DNA of 60,498 bases, taken from Kiloniellales bacterium (GTDB taxonomy: Bacteria > Pseudomonadota > Alphaproteobacteria > Kiloniellales > JAKSBE01). The stretch is taken from contig JAKSBE010000301.1 in assembly GCA_022361275.1 (NCBI GenBank), forward strand, positions 1 to 60,498, in the 5' to 3' direction. Below are positions 59,307-60,498 of the stretch, piece after piece; position 1 is the first letter of the stretch, and every line of letters begins with the position of its first letter. A model generated the notes under the pieces. The model was given only the letters and a program-made list of their open reading frames with translations. It searched no databases and was not told the origin of the DNA. The position numbers and the translations under genes are program-made.

Positions 59307-60374
59307 TCACCGCTTGACCACGATGCAGGCCTGCTTGGCGTCCTTGAGGAAGGCGCACATCTCCTCGGCCGTGCCCCGGTTCGGCAGCGGCCCGGCCTGG
59401 ATCCTGTGGAAGGTGCCGCGGCCTGCCAGGGTCACCGACTGGACCGCGAGCTCCATGTCGCCCAGGAAGTTCGGGAAAGCCTTCTGCAGGCGCGCCCACT
59501 CCTCGGGCACCCCCTCCTTGTTGGACAGCGAGCCGAGCTGGATGTAGATCCCGCCGCCGCCCGCCGCCGGGGCTTTCTCGGCCGCGGGCGGCAGGGCTGC
59601 CTGCTGGCTCTCGGCCGGCGCCTCGGGCGTGCGCGGCGCCGCGGCCTCGACCGGCGCAGGGTTGGCGGGCGCAGGGTTGGCAGGTGGCGGGGCAGCGGGC
59701 AGCGGGGCGGCCGGGGCTTCCGGTGATTGGCTCGCGTCGGCGGCGCCGGTGATCTCGGTCGGCGGCACGGCGGGCACCTCGGTGACCGGCGCCGGCGCTG
59801 TGGCTTCGGGGAGCGGAAGGTCGCCGGCATCCGGCACCACGGTCGCCGCCGGAACCTCGCCCGCTGCCGCGAAGGGCGGCGCGGGCACCGGATCGGCCGC
59901 TTCCCGGGTCGGCTGCGGCAAGGGGTCCGGCGTCTCCGGCGGCGGCAGCAACCGCTCGACCGGCTGCGTCGCGCCGTCTTCGGCGCCCTGGTTCAGGACC
60001 TGCAGATCCTGATGCGGCACCTGAAGGCCGCCCGGCTCCTCGGGGCGGACCTTGTCCGGCTGCTGCTCGGCCTGGATCACGGGAACTTCCCCGCTGCCCT
60101 GGCCGCCGAAGAAGTCCATCGCCAGGGGCACGACCAGGGCCAGGCAGGCCAGGGCCAGCAAGCCGATCAGGATATGCAGCAGGCGGAACCGCGGCCCGCC
60201 GCGCTCATCGTCCTCGGACTCCACGGCCGATGCGGCTTCGCTCTCGTCGCCGAAGAGCCGCGCGATCTCCTCCTGGTTCTCCGGCGTGCGCCGGGGGGAG
60301 TCCTCGTCGCTGACGTGACGCAGCGCGCGCGCCAGGGCCAGACGCTCCTCCTCAGGGATCGATTCCGATGGCAT
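59307..60374 (-). CDS. SPOR domain-containing membrane protein
   Basis: 355 aa. One TM segment (FRLLHILIGLLALACLALVV), a long Pro/Ala-rich linker, and a C-terminal SPOR fold (IYIQLGSLSNKEGVPEEWARLQKAFPNFLGDMELAVQSV...FHRIQAGPLPNRGTAEEMCAFLK). Confidence 0.8.
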   Translation of the reverse strand: MPSESIPEEERLALARALRHVSDEDSPRRTPENQEEIARLFGDESEAASAVESEDDERGGPRFRLLHILIGLLALACLALVVPLAMDFFGGQGSGEVPVIQAEQQPDKVRPEEPGGLQVPHQDLQVLNQGAEDGATQPVERLLPPPETPDPLPQPTREAADPVPAPPFAAAGEVPAATVVPDAGDLPLPEATAPAPVTEVPAVPPTEITGAADASQSPEAPAAPLPAAPPPANPAPANPAPVEAAAPRTPEAPAESQQAALPPAAEKAPAAGGGGIYIQLGSLSNKEGVPEEWARLQKAFPNFLGDMELAVQSVTLAGRGTFHRIQAGPLPNRGTAEEMCAFLKDAKQACIVVKR

Positions 60375-60498
60375 CAGCGTAACTCCTCAACCGGCTCAAC
60401 GCCCATGATCTGCAGTCCGGACGCGATCACCAAGGCGACGGCCTGGACCAGCGCCAGGCGGGCGGCCGTCAGCTCGCGGTCGGCCGCGAGCAGGAAAC
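60374..60498 (-). CDS. argS: Arginyl-tRNA synthetase, C-terminal end only (5' part outside the window)
   Basis: My translation: FLLAADRELTAARLALVQAVALVIASGLQIMGVEPVEELR*. This is the DALR anticodon-binding-domain C-terminus typical of ArgS. The stop overlaps the SPOR gene start (TGATG). Confidence 0.7.
   Translation of the reverse strand, partial: FLLAADRELTAARLALVQAVALVIASGLQIMGVEPVEELR

Overview
GC-rich, alphaproteobacterial-type chromosomal segment with about 60 protein genes, one tRNA, no rRNA and no CRISPR.

Left third:
- A partial phenylacetate (paa) cluster forms two divergent operons around a perfect 14-bp palindrome. Leftward: paaN-paaY plus LivK/H/M-type ABC uptake genes. Rightward: paaG-paaI-paaJ-paaK plus a TetR gene.
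- Then an MFS gene, a secreted cupin-cupin-TRAP-SBP-like trio, and a PHB-mobilisation style group (phasin-like, bdhA, patatin-like).
- Then ackA, preceded by a phosphotransacylase remnant, and fabI.

Middle:
- A decayed accessory patch (GNAT, HpcH aldolase, then five gene fragments including an integrase C-terminus) abuts the 3' end of tRNA-Lys(UUU).
- Next is a sensor class III nucleotide cyclase bracketed by an inverted pair of ~105-bp two-hairpin mosaic elements.
- Then core genes: coaD-gyrA, dcd, divergent ssb/uvrA with an alphaproteobacterial SOS box, a second class III cyclase, and trmFO.

Right third:
- A housekeeping backbone: phytoene-synthase-like, Mth938-like, secF-secD-yajC, DUF815 ATPase, nlpD-pcm-surE-serS, tatCBA, scpBA, nagZ, SPOR, argS.
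- It is interrupted by apparently accessory inserts: an endolysin-like PG-binding/M15 protein with a membrane partner, a three-lipoprotein operon centred on an M48-TPR protease, a frameshifted GNAT, and an orphan ABC ATPase.

Several families of intergenic palindromic repeats occur. Most long track ORFs antisense to these genes are GC-driven artefacts. No complete, recognisable new system stood out; the strongest candidates are the repeat-bracketed cyclase, the endolysin-like pair, the cupin/SBP trio and the lipoprotein/M48 operon. All calls come from reading translated sequence and motif memory; no database search was possible.
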